In this document: piece after piece, positions 38,341 to 49,156 of the stretch
Layout: every line of letters begins with the position of its first letter
Position numbering within the stretch: position 1 is the first letter of the stretch
From: Candidatus Latescibacterota bacterium
Lineage (GTDB): Bacteria; Latescibacterota; UBA2968; UBA8231
Direction: 5' to 3'
Length of the DNA stretch: 64,000 bases
Assembly: GCA_965219385.1 (NCBI GenBank)
Contig: CBDCNM010000001.1
Location: 360,631 to 424,630, forward strand
Made by a program: the position numbers and the translations under genes
The notes under the pieces: generated by a model
What the model saw: only the letters and a program-made list of their open reading frames with translations
Database searches by the model: none
Told to the model about the DNA's origin: nothing

Positions 38341-41183
38341 CAGCGTCTCCCCTCGTCTCTCCACGCCCGTATCTCATCCTGCGTTACGGGCTTCATCCTT
38401 TTGCGTCGTTCATCGGCAACCTTGAATGCTTTCGCCATGACGAGATCTTGCAACGTCGGGTGATGGTCCGAAAATTCTGACTGATTGATGCGCGTGTATT
38501 TCCAAGACTTTCCAGTGATTTCGCTTACGCGCTTGCACCAGTTCCGTGCGGCGACGTCCTTTTCGACAGTGCCTTCCCAGACTCGGCCTTTGGTTTCGAT
38601 GATCCAGTTCACTTCGCCACCTTCGGCCTTTTGGACGACCACCCAGTCGGGATAGTAGAAGCCTATGGCACCGCTAGGCTTCAGGTAGTCGATGCGGAAC
38701 ACGGTTCCGGACGTGCCCTGTTCTGTCGTCCCAAGTGCTGCGAAGCGCACGACATCTCCGGAGCGATCCAGGAACGCTACGAAGCTGCGCTCAAAGTCGT
38801 TATAGGTGGCGACGAAATTGAAAATAGTTTTCTTCGCCTCTAATGGCGGCAAGTTTCTCCGCCAGCTAAAGGGCTTCGTCTGTGACAGACGAGAATCCTC
38901 TTTCTCGAACTCGACTGCACGCCGCTCGATGGTGAGATTCGCGATCGCACGGGCCACGTATTTGGCAATGCCCTCCTGCAACTCTAGCCGCGCCAGATGA
39001 GAGCGGATGGTTTCATCGGCCAGTTCGATTTTTTGCCCAAAACAACGATTTACAACATAGTCCTGCACAATCGGATACATCTCCGCAAAGCAGTTGGTTA
39101 GCTTGGCATGGTTAGCGGCTTTGTTGGCGATGCTCGCCAGCAGGTCTTGCGCGGGCCGTGGCTCCACAGCAATGTCGGCTTGATGGACCTCGGTCTCTGT
39201 CATTGTGAATTCCATCTTCAGACCGATCCGGAACGATTCGGCTAGGTCTTCTTGGTCGAAAATTGCTTCAAGCGAATACACATCCAAGGTGGACAGCTTG
39301 CGGAAATTATGCTTTAGGCTCGGCTTGGTTATCGGAATAGCGATGTCGTACTTCAGTCGCTCCTGCACAGGCTCGATGATGACCGGTGGTGGCGGATTGG
39401 TGTCAGTACTGGCTACACCAACGCCCTCGGTTTCTAGTTGGTCGCGTAGGACCTTGAGCAGGTTGCGCGTGCCAAGCACCTCCAGGGTCTGCGTTTGGTC
39501 GGGGCTTACCTGTGTCATCAGGCGCAGTCCGCGACCGATCACCTGTTCCGGGAGTATTTCGGCTTGTGCGGTGAAGGGGCGCAGCCCCAGTACCACTGTC
39601 ACGTTGCGCACGTCCCACCCCTCGCGCAGCATCATCACGCTGACAATAGCTTTAATTTTGCTCTCAGCCTTATCGATGTCCCGTGCTGCTTGCCGGGCCT
39701 TTTCGAGGTCTCCTTGCCGAACTTCTCCGGTATTGTCCGTATGGATGACGAGCACCTCGGATTCCTTGAAGCCGAACGCCGGCGTTTTCCACAGATATTC
39801 CCCCAAGGCGTCCGCATAGACATTCTTCTCAGCCATGATAAAGAGTACCGGCCTCGTGTTGAGCTGTTTGTACACTGCCCAATGTTCCTGCCAACGCTGC
39901 ACAGCGGCCTGCAACCAGTAGCCATACTTCTCGGCGACGTTTTCCTTGGTAACCCCGTCGGGATCTCCGGTTGGCTGATTCGGATCATCCTCCTTGGTTA
40001 CGATGAGTGGTGCCTTGACGATCTTATCCTCCACGGCCTGCGCCAACGGGTAGTCCACGACCGTCCAGGGGAAGTACATGCCGTTCTGGTCTTTTGGCGT
40101 GGCCGAAAAGTCGAGCCAAGCGCAGAGGCCCTGCGGCAACGTGTTGTGGATGGCGAGCAGCGATTTACTCCAAGCCAAGTCCTCGTTGTGGACGTGATGC
40201 GCTTCGTCATTCAGGACGACGAGGTCTTTTAGGGACTTCACGCGATCTAGCATGGAACGCTGACTGGATGACGCTAGGTCTTTCTCGGGCTTCCGGCCCA
40301 AGAGGGCATCAACGGCGTTTTTCGCACTCTTCTCCTCGTCGCGAGATTCGTAGAGTTGGTGGATGTTGGTGAGGAATAGGTTCCCGGACGGGTCCGGTTC
40401 GGGAGTCTCTCCGCGCAAGATCACCTTTTGCGCGAAGTGGCCTTTCCACTCAGGTGGAATCAGGGGCAACTCGTGGAATATGAGATTGTTGGCAAAGTCC
40501 TTTTCTAGCCGCTGATAGACGATCACGTTGGGTGCCACGATGAGGAAGTTCGTGGAGAGTTCCGAGCCAGATACACGCTGTTTGTGGAAGCGTGACCAGA
40601 CGACCGCCATAGCCATCACCCAAGTTTTGCCCGAACCAGTGGCCATCTTGAAGGCGAAGCGGCGCAGATCCTCGGGCGGCAGGTCCTGTACGCCCTCTCG
40701 GTCTAGTTCCGGCACATAGCGGCGAATTTGTCGCTGGCCGTCCATCGTGGTCTGAAATTCGATATTATTCGAGAACAAGTCTTTCTGAGTGATTTTTCCG
40801 TACGTCTCAATGAGCGCCTTGGCATCTCGCTGCTCGGCGATCTCTACTAGCCACACCAGCGTCTCAATCGCTTCGCGTTGGCAGAAGTAATATCGGAACG
40901 GTACATCAAATCCGTTTACCGTATGGTCCTCGTCGAACCAATACTCAAACAAGCGCTGGGAGACTTCCGACGCACCCTCGTAGCTACTGTATCGCCAAGT
41001 ATCTACTTCGTCACGAATTTTCGACACCAGCAAGAGATCACTCGGGCGGCGGCCAGAGTCATTCTCGCGCCAACCGGTCGACGCATCGTTGTCTTTGACC
41101 AAGTAGGAAGTGGGTTTTTCCCACGGGCGGCGATCTCGAATTTCCGGTAGATCCTTGTCGTAGTTGATGACGGCTTTTGCCAT
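38340..41183 (-). CDS. res: Type III restriction subunit Res with extra antitoxin-like C-terminal tail
   Basis: MATGSGKT, DEAHH, SATP, LREGWD, YYPDW...IIETKG. Confidence 0.9.
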   Translation of the reverse strand: MAKAVINYDKDLPEIRDRRPWEKPTSYLVKDNDASTGWRENDSGRRPSDLLLVSKIRDEVDTWRYSSYEGASEVSQRLFEYWFDEDHTVNGFDVPFRYYFCQREAIETLVWLVEIAEQRDAKALIETYGKITQKDLFSNNIEFQTTMDGQRQIRRYVPELDREGVQDLPPEDLRRFAFKMATGSGKTWVMAMAVVWSRFHKQRVSGSELSTNFLIVAPNVIVYQRLEKDFANNLIFHELPLIPPEWKGHFAQKVILRGETPEPDPSGNLFLTNIHQLYESRDEEKSAKNAVDALLGRKPEKDLASSSQRSMLDRVKSLKDLVVLNDEAHHVHNEDLAWSKSLLAIHNTLPQGLCAWLDFSATPKDQNGMYFPWTVVDYPLAQAVEDKIVKAPLIVTKEDDPNQPTGDPDGVTKENVAEKYGYWLQAAVQRWQEHWAVYKQLNTRPVLFIMAEKNVYADALGEYLWKTPAFGFKESEVLVIHTDNTGEVRQGDLEKARQAARDIDKAESKIKAIVSVMMLREGWDVRNVTVVLGLRPFTAQAEILPEQVIGRGLRLMTQVSPDQTQTLEVLGTRNLLKVLRDQLETEGVGVASTDTNPPPPVIIEPVQERLKYDIAIPITKPSLKHNFRKLSTLDVYSLEAIFDQEDLAESFRIGLKMEFTMTETEVHQADIAVEPRPAQDLLASIANKAANHAKLTNCFAEMYPIVQDYVVNRCFGQKIELADETIRSHLARLELQEGIAKYVARAIANLTIERRAVEFEKEDSRLSQTKPFSWRRNLPPLEAKKTIFNFVATYNDFERSFVAFLDRSGDVVRFAALGTTEQGTSGTVFRIDYLKPSGAIGFYYPDWVVVQKAEGGEVNWIIETKGRVWEGTVEKDVAARNWCKRVSEITGKSWKYTRINQSEFSDHHPTLQDLVMAKAFKVADERRKRMKPVTQDEIRAWRDEGRR

Positions 41184-41185
41184 GG

Positions 41186-43216
41186 CTATTTCACCTCAAC
41201 ATCAAGAGCTTGCGAGGTGTCGTTGCCGAAGATATCAATTACTTTGACCAGTGCCCGGTACTTGCCGGACTTCTCGTAGGTGTGGGGTTCGGAATCAAGC
41301 GAGAGCGTTCGATCTTTACGGGTGCGGTAGGCGACCCACTCCTGCATGAAGGTGTCGTTCTGAAAGTCCCAGTCCACGGCCCAGTAGTCGATGTAGTCGG
41401 ACCACTTCGCAACTTTGTCCCGTACTTCGTCGGGAATGAGTTCTGAGTTGGGGATGACGAAGTTTTGCAGCTCCACTTGCGCCGTGAGTTCCTGCGGTTT
41501 TTTGACTGTTGCCTTTAGATAGGCCAACTCGAAGAAACGGACGTCGCCTTTGGCGGTCGCCTGCTCTTCCATGACTTCGCGGGGAATTTGCAACAGCGAA
41601 AGGTTGACGCCCTTATTTTTTGCTGCTGGCACCACGAGGTTTTGCAGGCCCATTTCCCATTCCCAGCCGAGGATATGCAGGTCTTTTTGCTTGAGCTTGG
41701 CGCATTCTTCTACGGCATCGTCGATTTCGTCGAAGGTCACAGGCGCATCTACCGCGCCGATGTGAATCATGGCGCGGCCTTTTTTGCCGTGTAGATGTGC
41801 TAGACCTGAAAGCGGCTGTGCGCCGTAGAGCTTGAGAATGAAGGCGAGGTATTCATAGAGCGCCTGCTCGGTCGGCGGCTGATTTTTTGCGCCGCCAAAC
41901 ATTACTCCTTGCCAGTATTGGCGTTCGTATTTGCCGAGGTTGAGAATCTCGAATGGTTTACAGTTTTCAATATCGAGCATGCGCTTGCGGGTAACGTGGA
42001 TGCCCCAGCGACCCAAGTCGCAGCCGATCCAGCGGCGGCCGAGTTTCTCGGCGACGGCGAGGGTGGTACCGGAACCACAGAAAAAGTCGGCGATGAGATC
42101 GCCTTCAGTTGAAGCATAATTAACTATTCTCTCAAGTAAAGTTTCTTTTTTTTCAGTTGGATATATAGGTTTCGCAGCTTGAGAATTCAAATCTTCCCAT
42201 AAATCACTAGCTATTTTCTGAGGGTTTGGTGCTATCCAGTGTTCAATTTTACCCCTTGGGGAAACTCTTATGAATTCCTTATTTTTGTCAGATAACCAAG
42301 ATTCATATACATCCAAGTTTCTATTTATACATTGTTTATAATTTTCAACAGCTTTGAATGCTCGTTCTTTTTTCCATTTCCATTGCCCGGAAGTGATATT
42401 CTTACCAAGTATTTCATATCTCATAGTTGGCCTGTCAGCATTATTCCAAAAATCTTTCCAATATCCTTTAGGGTGCAAGATTTGAGATTTTTCAGTAAAT
42501 AGAGGATAAAAATTAGTTTCAAGATGTTTAGAATAATGAAAAATTGAATCTTTTCCATAAGGTAAGTTTTTAATTTTGCTAAATTGATTTTGTAAGTTTT
42601 TAGTCACTCTTTTTGTTGTTATTTCATTACGAAAGTTTTCTTTCCCAAACACCTCGTCCAAAATCAACCGAATATAGCTATTCACTCGCCAATCGCAATG
42701 AACATAAATGCTGCCTTTGTCACTAAGCAAGTCTCGCATCAGTGCCAATCGCTCGTAGATCATGATAATAAAAGAATCCGTACCCTTCCCCCAAGTATCC
42801 CGATACGCCTTTTCTTCAATAACTGATTGTTCCTTGAATACTTCCTCCTTCGACTCACCGACTTGCGTCGTAAATGAAAAATCTGCCCCCGTCGCAAAAG
42901 GTGGGTCTATGTAGATCAGGTCAATCTTCCCAGCGAACTTCTCCAGCAACGAATTCATCACTAGCAGATTGTCACCCCAGATGAGTTTGTTCTTCCATCC
43001 ATCCTCGAAGGTGTCACCCTCCGTACCTTCGTATATGTCGAAAAGGGATGCCTGTACGCCGCCGTGCTTTTTCGCTTCGCGCGTAGCGCGGCTCTCATTG
43101 ACAGTTTCGATGATTTGGAATGGCAGGTTGACCCGTGGAACTTCCTTGAGCGTTCCATCCTCGTTGTACTTGTCGGGCCAAACCAATTCGGTCTTCGTGA
43201 TGTCGATCTTCGCCAT
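41186..43216 (-). CDS. mod: Type III RM adenine methyltransferase Mod
   Basis: YIDPPF, DFFCGSGTT (beta order), VKVIDIFGNDT. Confidence 0.92.
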   Translation of the reverse strand: MAKIDITKTELVWPDKYNEDGTLKEVPRVNLPFQIIETVNESRATREAKKHGGVQASLFDIYEGTEGDTFEDGWKNKLIWGDNLLVMNSLLEKFAGKIDLIYIDPPFATGADFSFTTQVGESKEEVFKEQSVIEEKAYRDTWGKGTDSFIIMIYERLALMRDLLSDKGSIYVHCDWRVNSYIRLILDEVFGKENFRNEITTKRVTKNLQNQFSKIKNLPYGKDSIFHYSKHLETNFYPLFTEKSQILHPKGYWKDFWNNADRPTMRYEILGKNITSGQWKWKKERAFKAVENYKQCINRNLDVYESWLSDKNKEFIRVSPRGKIEHWIAPNPQKIASDLWEDLNSQAAKPIYPTEKKETLLERIVNYASTEGDLIADFFCGSGTTLAVAEKLGRRWIGCDLGRWGIHVTRKRMLDIENCKPFEILNLGKYERQYWQGVMFGGAKNQPPTEQALYEYLAFILKLYGAQPLSGLAHLHGKKGRAMIHIGAVDAPVTFDEIDDAVEECAKLKQKDLHILGWEWEMGLQNLVVPAAKNKGVNLSLLQIPREVMEEQATAKGDVRFFELAYLKATVKKPQELTAQVELQNFVIPNSELIPDEVRDKVAKWSDYIDYWAVDWDFQNDTFMQEWVAYRTRKDRTLSLDSEPHTYEKSGKYRALVKVIDIFGNDTSQALDVEVK

Positions 43217-43282
43217 TATCCTGCTCCCTAGATTTGCTTAAATATTCATGATCTTAGATGAGGATTTCAAGGTCAGCGGGCG

Positions 43283-46147
43283 TCATGCGACCGCCTCCGC
43301 CCATCCGATAACGCCTTCCGCATGGCACAGCATCCGCAGATCGCACTCTTGACAAATTTTCGCTTCGGGCGGTGCCTTAACTGCGAACTGCCCCGTCTGA
43401 ATTCGGTTGACGGTCTCGTCGAAGTGCCGGCCCGCCTCTTTCACCCATTCCGGGCGATACGGCAGCATCATGAGCGCATCTTCCCTGTGTTCCTCTGCGG
43501 TCCAATAGAGAAGTAGCCGGTCCACATGCTTACCGTGCCGCTGCTCTAGAATATGTGCATAGGTGCAAAGTTGTCGTCCGTACGCGGCGATTAGATCGGG
43601 GGTACTCTTTGGGCGTGGTGAGGTCTTAAAGTCCAGCAGTTCCAGCTTGCCGTCGCCGCCAAGCAGCAGGTCCACCTTTCCGGTGAGGATGTAGCCGTTC
43701 TTCTCCAGCGACACATCCACCTCTGTCTCGATAATCCGGTTCATCCCGTCTTGGTTATGCCGGAAGTAATTGACTACCTGCGTGAAGGCCAACTCTTTCG
43801 CTTTATCGCCGATAGGGCGCCTGCCAGAAAGGTATAGGAACCGGAAAGTCCGTTCAAACAGCTCGCGGATACGCGCCTCGTCGAGCGTATGGAGCCGTCT
43901 GTCAAGGGCGATACGGTGGATGTCTTCAATGGACTGATGCACGAGCAGTCCGAAGAACATCTCCGCTGAACGGGAGGGCGTGAAGTCGTATTCGCGGAAG
44001 AACTGATATTGGCGCGGACAAGTTTCGTAAATCTTGAGGTCGCCGGTGAAGCTATACGTCTTCTTGACCGGCATACGCTCTTGTGGCTCGAAAGACTGGG
44101 CGGCGAGCAGTTCCTTCTGGACGTAGGGCCACTGGGGGAGTCCCTGCCAGATGGATGCGAAGTGCCTTTTCGGTTGTTCGTACGCTGTGAGCACCAGCAC
44201 CTTCTGCGGCCTTGAAAACGCCACGTAGTGCAGCCGCATGCGGTCGAAAAGGGTGATGCGGTTTTCAGGCTCGAAAGGCGGTCGGTGATAGAAGGGCGCA
44301 AGATTGTGGTCGATTTGCTTGGGGCTGCCTACCGATGCCGAGAGTGAGCCAACCACGACCACCGGAAACTCAAGCCCCTTAGCCTGATGGATGGTCATCA
44401 CCTGCACATGGCCTTTGGGGAACGGCCGGTCCGGATCCTCGTACTCATTGATGCCGCCGGCGTGGAGGAATCGCAAGAAGCTATTGAAAAAATGGAAGCG
44501 GATGTACTCGCGGTTTCTATAAGTAATGACTGGGTAATGGTAGTAGTTTTGAAAGACACTCAGGAGTTCAGAGAAGATGGCAAAGTTGCGGGCGGTATTT
44601 TCGTTCCGGGTGACATTCCTGAACGGCTCCAGCGCGAGCAGTTGATAGAAGTAGTCAGCCGGACGCAGGTCGAGTGTCTCGCCCTCCTGAAGCGCGTTGA
44701 TCTCGCCGGTCCACCGCTGAAGAGCCTCGGCGAGTGGATGCGGAGGTGCGAAACGCTTGCCGAGGTGAACGATGGCCTCGTCCACGTACTCCGCCAGTTG
44801 CTTGACGGCACCGGCGACTTCTCCCCGCCCGTCGCCGTACCAGCCGAATAAGACTGCGTAGCAAGCGACCAAATCACGGATCTCCGGGATATTGAAGAAG
44901 ATACGCGCCCGAGGGCAGAACGCAGGAATACCTTTGGTCTTGAGCGCCTCCAGATACCGGCCGCTGTGATCTTCGCGCACACTGTGCAGGAGCAACGCGA
45001 CCTGACTATAATCTGTTATGACCTCATTCGTCTTCAGGAACTCGACGAGATCGGCAAACCGTTCGGCCTCATCGCGGCGGTCGCGGCCCCAGATACTAAT
45101 GACGGAAGGGTAGTCAGGATACTGCCCGTGAGGGTCCGCCGAGATGGTCTTATCGTGGCGGAATGAACCCCCGTTTGGATTGGACCAGTCAGCCGAGGCC
45201 ATCCAGCGATCGTAGCGTTCCACGATCTCACGGTGGGAACGGTAATTAGTCGTCAACTTGGCAATCCGACAATTTGGGATACGCTGTGCGAACTCTAAGA
45301 TGTTACGCACGGTCGCGCCCCTGAAACGATAGAGACTTTGGTCCTCGTCTCCGACCACACACAGGTTGTTGTTCGGTTCCGCCAACTTGAGAAGAAGCTG
45401 CTCTTGGATGTAGTTGGTGTCCTGGTATTCGTCTACTAGCAGGTAGCGCACGTCCGGAGATACGGCGCCTGCGTTCGCAGGGTTGTCGAGTAGGTCGTAC
45501 ACGAGTCGCTGTAGGTGGGCGAAATCTACCCGATTGGCTTGTAAGAGAGCTTGCTCGTAGCGTTGGTAGGCGGCTCCAACAGCCTTGAGGAGCGCGTTGT
45601 CAGAAGCCACGAGCCGACAAGGATCGATAAGCTCTTCCGTGATCTTGTCAAAATAGCCGCGTGTTCCTTCAATGGCTGTCCAGCGCGTCTTCCAGCGGGT
45701 GAGAAACAGGTCGTTGTCGAGAGGGCCGACGATCTCGTCAAAGTGTTCGTGGATGAAGAGAAGCTGCGTCAGTTCGTCCAGCGTTTCGTAGTTGTGCCCG
45801 AGTTCCGTCCGGTGCCGGTGTTGGGTCAGCGCCTGGTGGCAGAAGCCGTGGATGGTCGAGACCGTCAGTTCGGAAAGGTTGCCTCCGTAGCGCACCTTGT
45901 GGGCGGCCGCCGCCAGCCGGTCGCGCATCTCGAAGGCGGCCTTCTCGGTAAAGGTGCAAAGCACGATTTCCTTTGGCTCGGCCTTGTCCAGCAACAGGAG
46001 ATTCAAGGCCCTCAAGACGATGCTGAAGGTCTTGCCGGACCCCGGCCCCGCGATCACGAGGAGCGGGCCGTCGAGATGGCCAATAACCTCGCGCTGGCTG
46101 TCGATGAGTTCTGGATAATGCCTTGGGATCGCGGGCGCGATGCTCAT
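43283..46147 (-). CDS. UvrD/REP helicase with C-terminal PD-(D/E)XK nuclease
   Basis: AGPGSGKT, VDEYQD, VGDEDQS, TIHQAKGLEF, GKVD..LDFKT, CPRQY/CQECD..C. Confidence 0.9.
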   Translation of the reverse strand: MSIAPAIPRHYPELIDSQREVIGHLDGPLLVIAGPGSGKTFSIVLRALNLLLLDKAEPKEIVLCTFTEKAAFEMRDRLAAAAHKVRYGGNLSELTVSTIHGFCHQALTQHRHRTELGHNYETLDELTQLLFIHEHFDEIVGPLDNDLFLTRWKTRWTAIEGTRGYFDKITEELIDPCRLVASDNALLKAVGAAYQRYEQALLQANRVDFAHLQRLVYDLLDNPANAGAVSPDVRYLLVDEYQDTNYIQEQLLLKLAEPNNNLCVVGDEDQSLYRFRGATVRNILEFAQRIPNCRIAKLTTNYRSHREIVERYDRWMASADWSNPNGGSFRHDKTISADPHGQYPDYPSVISIWGRDRRDEAERFADLVEFLKTNEVITDYSQVALLLHSVREDHSGRYLEALKTKGIPAFCPRARIFFNIPEIRDLVACYAVLFGWYGDGRGEVAGAVKQLAEYVDEAIVHLGKRFAPPHPLAEALQRWTGEINALQEGETLDLRPADYFYQLLALEPFRNVTRNENTARNFAIFSELLSVFQNYYHYPVITYRNREYIRFHFFNSFLRFLHAGGINEYEDPDRPFPKGHVQVMTIHQAKGLEFPVVVVGSLSASVGSPKQIDHNLAPFYHRPPFEPENRITLFDRMRLHYVAFSRPQKVLVLTAYEQPKRHFASIWQGLPQWPYVQKELLAAQSFEPQERMPVKKTYSFTGDLKIYETCPRQYQFFREYDFTPSRSAEMFFGLLVHQSIEDIHRIALDRRLHTLDEARIRELFERTFRFLYLSGRRPIGDKAKELAFTQVVNYFRHNQDGMNRIIETEVDVSLEKNGYILTGKVDLLLGGDGKLELLDFKTSPRPKSTPDLIAAYGRQLCTYAHILEQRHGKHVDRLLLYWTAEEHREDALMMLPYRPEWVKEAGRHFDETVNRIQTGQFAVKAPPEAKICQECDLRMLCHAEGVIGWAEAVA

Positions 46148-46833
46148 AACAGCCCCGCCTTCCTGAAGCTGAAGGTCTCCGACGCCGACACAATCAGGTG
46201 GTCTACAACCCGAAGGCTAATGGTTTCGGCGGCCAGCACGACGGCCCGCGTGACCACCTTGTCTTGCTCGCTCGGCTCGACGTTGCCGTTCGGATGGTTG
46301 TGCGCGAGTACGAGTGCCGCCGCTTGGCGCTTGAGCGCGGCCTCCACGACGCGGCGCGGATACACCGCTGTCCGATCAACTATGCCTTCCTGAAGCGTTT
46401 CCACACCATCGCGGAGCAGCCGATATGAGGAGTCGAGGTACGCCACGGCGAATACCTCGTGCTTGAGATGGCCGATCCGCATGCGCCAGAAGTCGCTGAT
46501 CCGCTCCGGGTCGCTCAGCACTTCTGCTCCCTCCGATGTTTCCTGTAAGTAGAGCGTCGCCGTTTCGCGGATGACTTTCAGGGAGATCGCGGAGACCTCG
46601 CCGATGCCTTCTACGGTTTGCAATTCTTGATGTGTTGCATCCAAAATCCCTCGCAGACTACCGAAGCGCCAGAGCAGTGCCTTCGCAGGTTCCTTTACAT
46701 CGGTGCGGGGGATGGCCAAGGTCAACAACAACTCAATGACCTCGTGCTCCGCGAATCCTGTAAAGCCGCTCTTGAGGAAGCGTTCGCGAAGACGCTTACG
46801 GTGCCCGTGGTAATGAGGTTCAGTCTTCGCCAC
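46144..46833 (-). CDS. radC: RadC/JAB-domain protein
   Basis: GHRKRLRERF, AHNHPNGNVEPSEQD, DHLIV. Confidence 0.92.
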   Translation of the reverse strand: MAKTEPHYHGHRKRLRERFLKSGFTGFAEHEVIELLLTLAIPRTDVKEPAKALLWRFGSLRGILDATHQELQTVEGIGEVSAISLKVIRETATLYLQETSEGAEVLSDPERISDFWRMRIGHLKHEVFAVAYLDSSYRLLRDGVETLQEGIVDRTAVYPRRVVEAALKRQAAALVLAHNHPNGNVEPSEQDKVVTRAVVLAAETISLRVVDHLIVSASETFSFRKAGLL

Positions 46834-47045
46834 TATCCGGCCCCTTGGATTTGTTCAAATATTCGCGCCCCGCTGTCGTCAGGCGGTAGCGTTGCTTGCT
46901 GCTGGGCGGCTTGTCGGGAATCGTCATTTCGATTAGGCCGGCTTGCAGGGCGGGGAACAGATAGACCTTGTTGAAGTGGTCCCCATGTTTTAGGCCACTA
47001 GGAGATGCTTCGTATAGGTATAATAAGGTACCGTTATCGATATTT

Positions 47046-47230
47046 TGTCAAGGTGCCGAGAGCGCACGCACGGGTCGGGCAAGCTCCCTGATGATCGTTT
47101 GCGGTCTCGCCGGGTCGTTCGGCCAAGCCGTACGGCCATCGCCGGAGGCCGGACCGGCAGGCCGACCCCGACCAGCTAGGGACGGAGGGCGGCGCGGTCC
47201 GGGCGGCGATGATCCTCAGACGACCGCCAT
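47046..47230 (+). repeat. Intergenic repeat family copy B
   Basis: Shares GCCGTACGGCC, CCCGACCAGCTAG, GGGCGGCGATGATCCTCAG with copy C. Confidence 0.8.
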
Positions 47231-47279
47231 CCGCCTGAGACATTACACGCCAGCGGCCGTCCACCCGTACTGAGCCTCC

Positions 47280-49035
47280 TCAGCGCTGCCAATAGTAAGA
47301 TAATTTGAGTTGCAGCGAGCGGCTGGCCTGTTGCAGACCTCCCTCCGTATCCCAGACCTGATTGTACACAAGGAACAGATCGCTACCGGGCAGATAGCGG
47401 TAGTTGAACAGGAAATTGCCGCCCACCAGCTCCTGGGCGCTGTTCCACTGCAAGAAGCCGCGCACGAACATATCGGGAGAGAAGGAATAGAGGAAGCGGT
47501 GCCCGAACAGGTGGGTGTTGAAGGCGCCGTCGGGCAGGCTGATGTGGTTGAACTCGTAGCTGCCCTCCAGCTCCAGGCGGGCATTGTGGCGCCAGACGGC
47601 CTGGGTGGAAACGCGGTGGCGGGTGCCGTTGAAGAAATCGCCGTATTCGTACGAAGTGCGACCCGAGAGGCGGCGGCTCGAATTGGCGAAGAGATTGAGC
47701 TGGTAGCTGCCAAATTCGTACGTGCCCGGGGGGATTTCCTGATCGTCGCGTATTGCAAAAGCCTCGTCCAAAAGTTCGTAGCGCTGGCGGTAGCGCGCCC
47801 CGATCCAGTCTCCCACTTCCAAAGGGTGAAGTCCACGCCGGCGGTGCGGTTGTAGTCGGCCCCGGAGCCGGGTTGCTTGTCGATGGCGATAAAGCCGAGG
47901 TTGGAGCGGCCCAGCATATCGCGCTTGAGGCGCAGGACCGTGAAGTCGGTCTGGGCCACGCGCAGGGTGTCGAGGAGGTTTAATCGCAGGGTATCGACGA
48001 TGGCTTGCCCACTCGTCTCGACTTGGTCCTCGTCGAGCAGATTGCCGTCTGCGGTGACAAAGCGGTCCTCCTCCTCTTCATCGACAAAGGTCATGGCCTG
48101 GGTGGTCATGCGCAGGGCGCCAATCTGGTAGGGGCCGGCACGTCCGGTGAGTTTGCCCCCGGCCAATACGGGCAGGTTGTGCTCCTCTTCAATGCCAATG
48201 CGACGGCTGTAGAACAGCAGGGTGGGTGGCCGGCCGCCGAGGTCCTGCCTTTCGACGCGTTCGCCCAAGGCAAAAATGCCGGCCCCTTCGAGGAAAAAGT
48301 CGCGTTTCTCGGGGAAGAACAGGCTGAAGCGGGTGAGGTTGATCTGCTCCTGGTCGGCTTCCACCTGGGCGAAATCGGTTCTGTAGGACAGGTCCAAGGT
48401 CAGCGAGGGGGTGAGGCCGTATTTGAAATCCAGGCCCGGGTCCAGGTCGTATTCAGTGGAGCCGTCGGCCGTGAAATCGCGCCGGGTGCCGCTCAGCAAG
48501 AAGGGGACGACCGCTAGGGGCGGGCGGCTCTGAAGCTGGCCCAAACCCGTCAGGACCGCCAGACGCTGTCCCAGGCCTGGTTGCGGGTGCGGCCCTCGTC
48601 GGTGAGCAGCAGGTCCTGGCGGGCGCCCAAGGGATTGGTGCTAAAGTAAAAGCCGCCGCGGCGGTCGTTATAGGGATCGAGGATAATCTGGATATTGTCG
48701 TTCTCATTCAGGTCGGCATCGCGCCGCATCTGGTTGGCCACCAGGCGGTCGGCTTGGCTGTCGAAACAGCGCAGGGCAAAGTACAGATGGTCGTCGTCAA
48801 AGAGGATGCGGACCTGGGTCTGCTCGGTGGGCTGAGCGCCTTCGACGGGCTCGCGCTGGAAAAAGTCGGCCATGGTCGGGGCCTGGTGCCAGACCAAATC
48901 GTCGAGGCGACCGTCGATGCGGGGGGGCGCGGGCGTGCGAGCGGCCTGGACGACGGGGGTTTCCCGAGCTTGGCCCGGTGCGGCGAGTAGCGCCAGGACG
49001 ACGGCGCTTTTGGCAATGGACGGTAGAGGGTTCAA
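47280..49035 (-). pseudogene. CBM9/DUF5916 protein with two internal deletions
   Basis: PPRIDGRLDD (N), DFAQVEAD..NLTRFSLFFPEKRDFFLEG (middle), PGSDLFLVYN..KLSY (C) in discontinuous ORFs. Confidence 0.85.
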
Positions 49036-49156
49036 GGTACAGGCTTAGGTCTTCTCACTTGAGTAAGTGAAGCTCGATTACCGCCGTTTCTCTGTCAAGG
49101 AAGGTTCAGGACGAGATTGGTTCGATACATGCTCGGCTCTCCGTTGACACAAGATC

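Noticed and set aside
42146..42153. A8 tract in mod as a phase-variation switch
   Set aside because: Short, lies within an AT-rich block, gene is in frame
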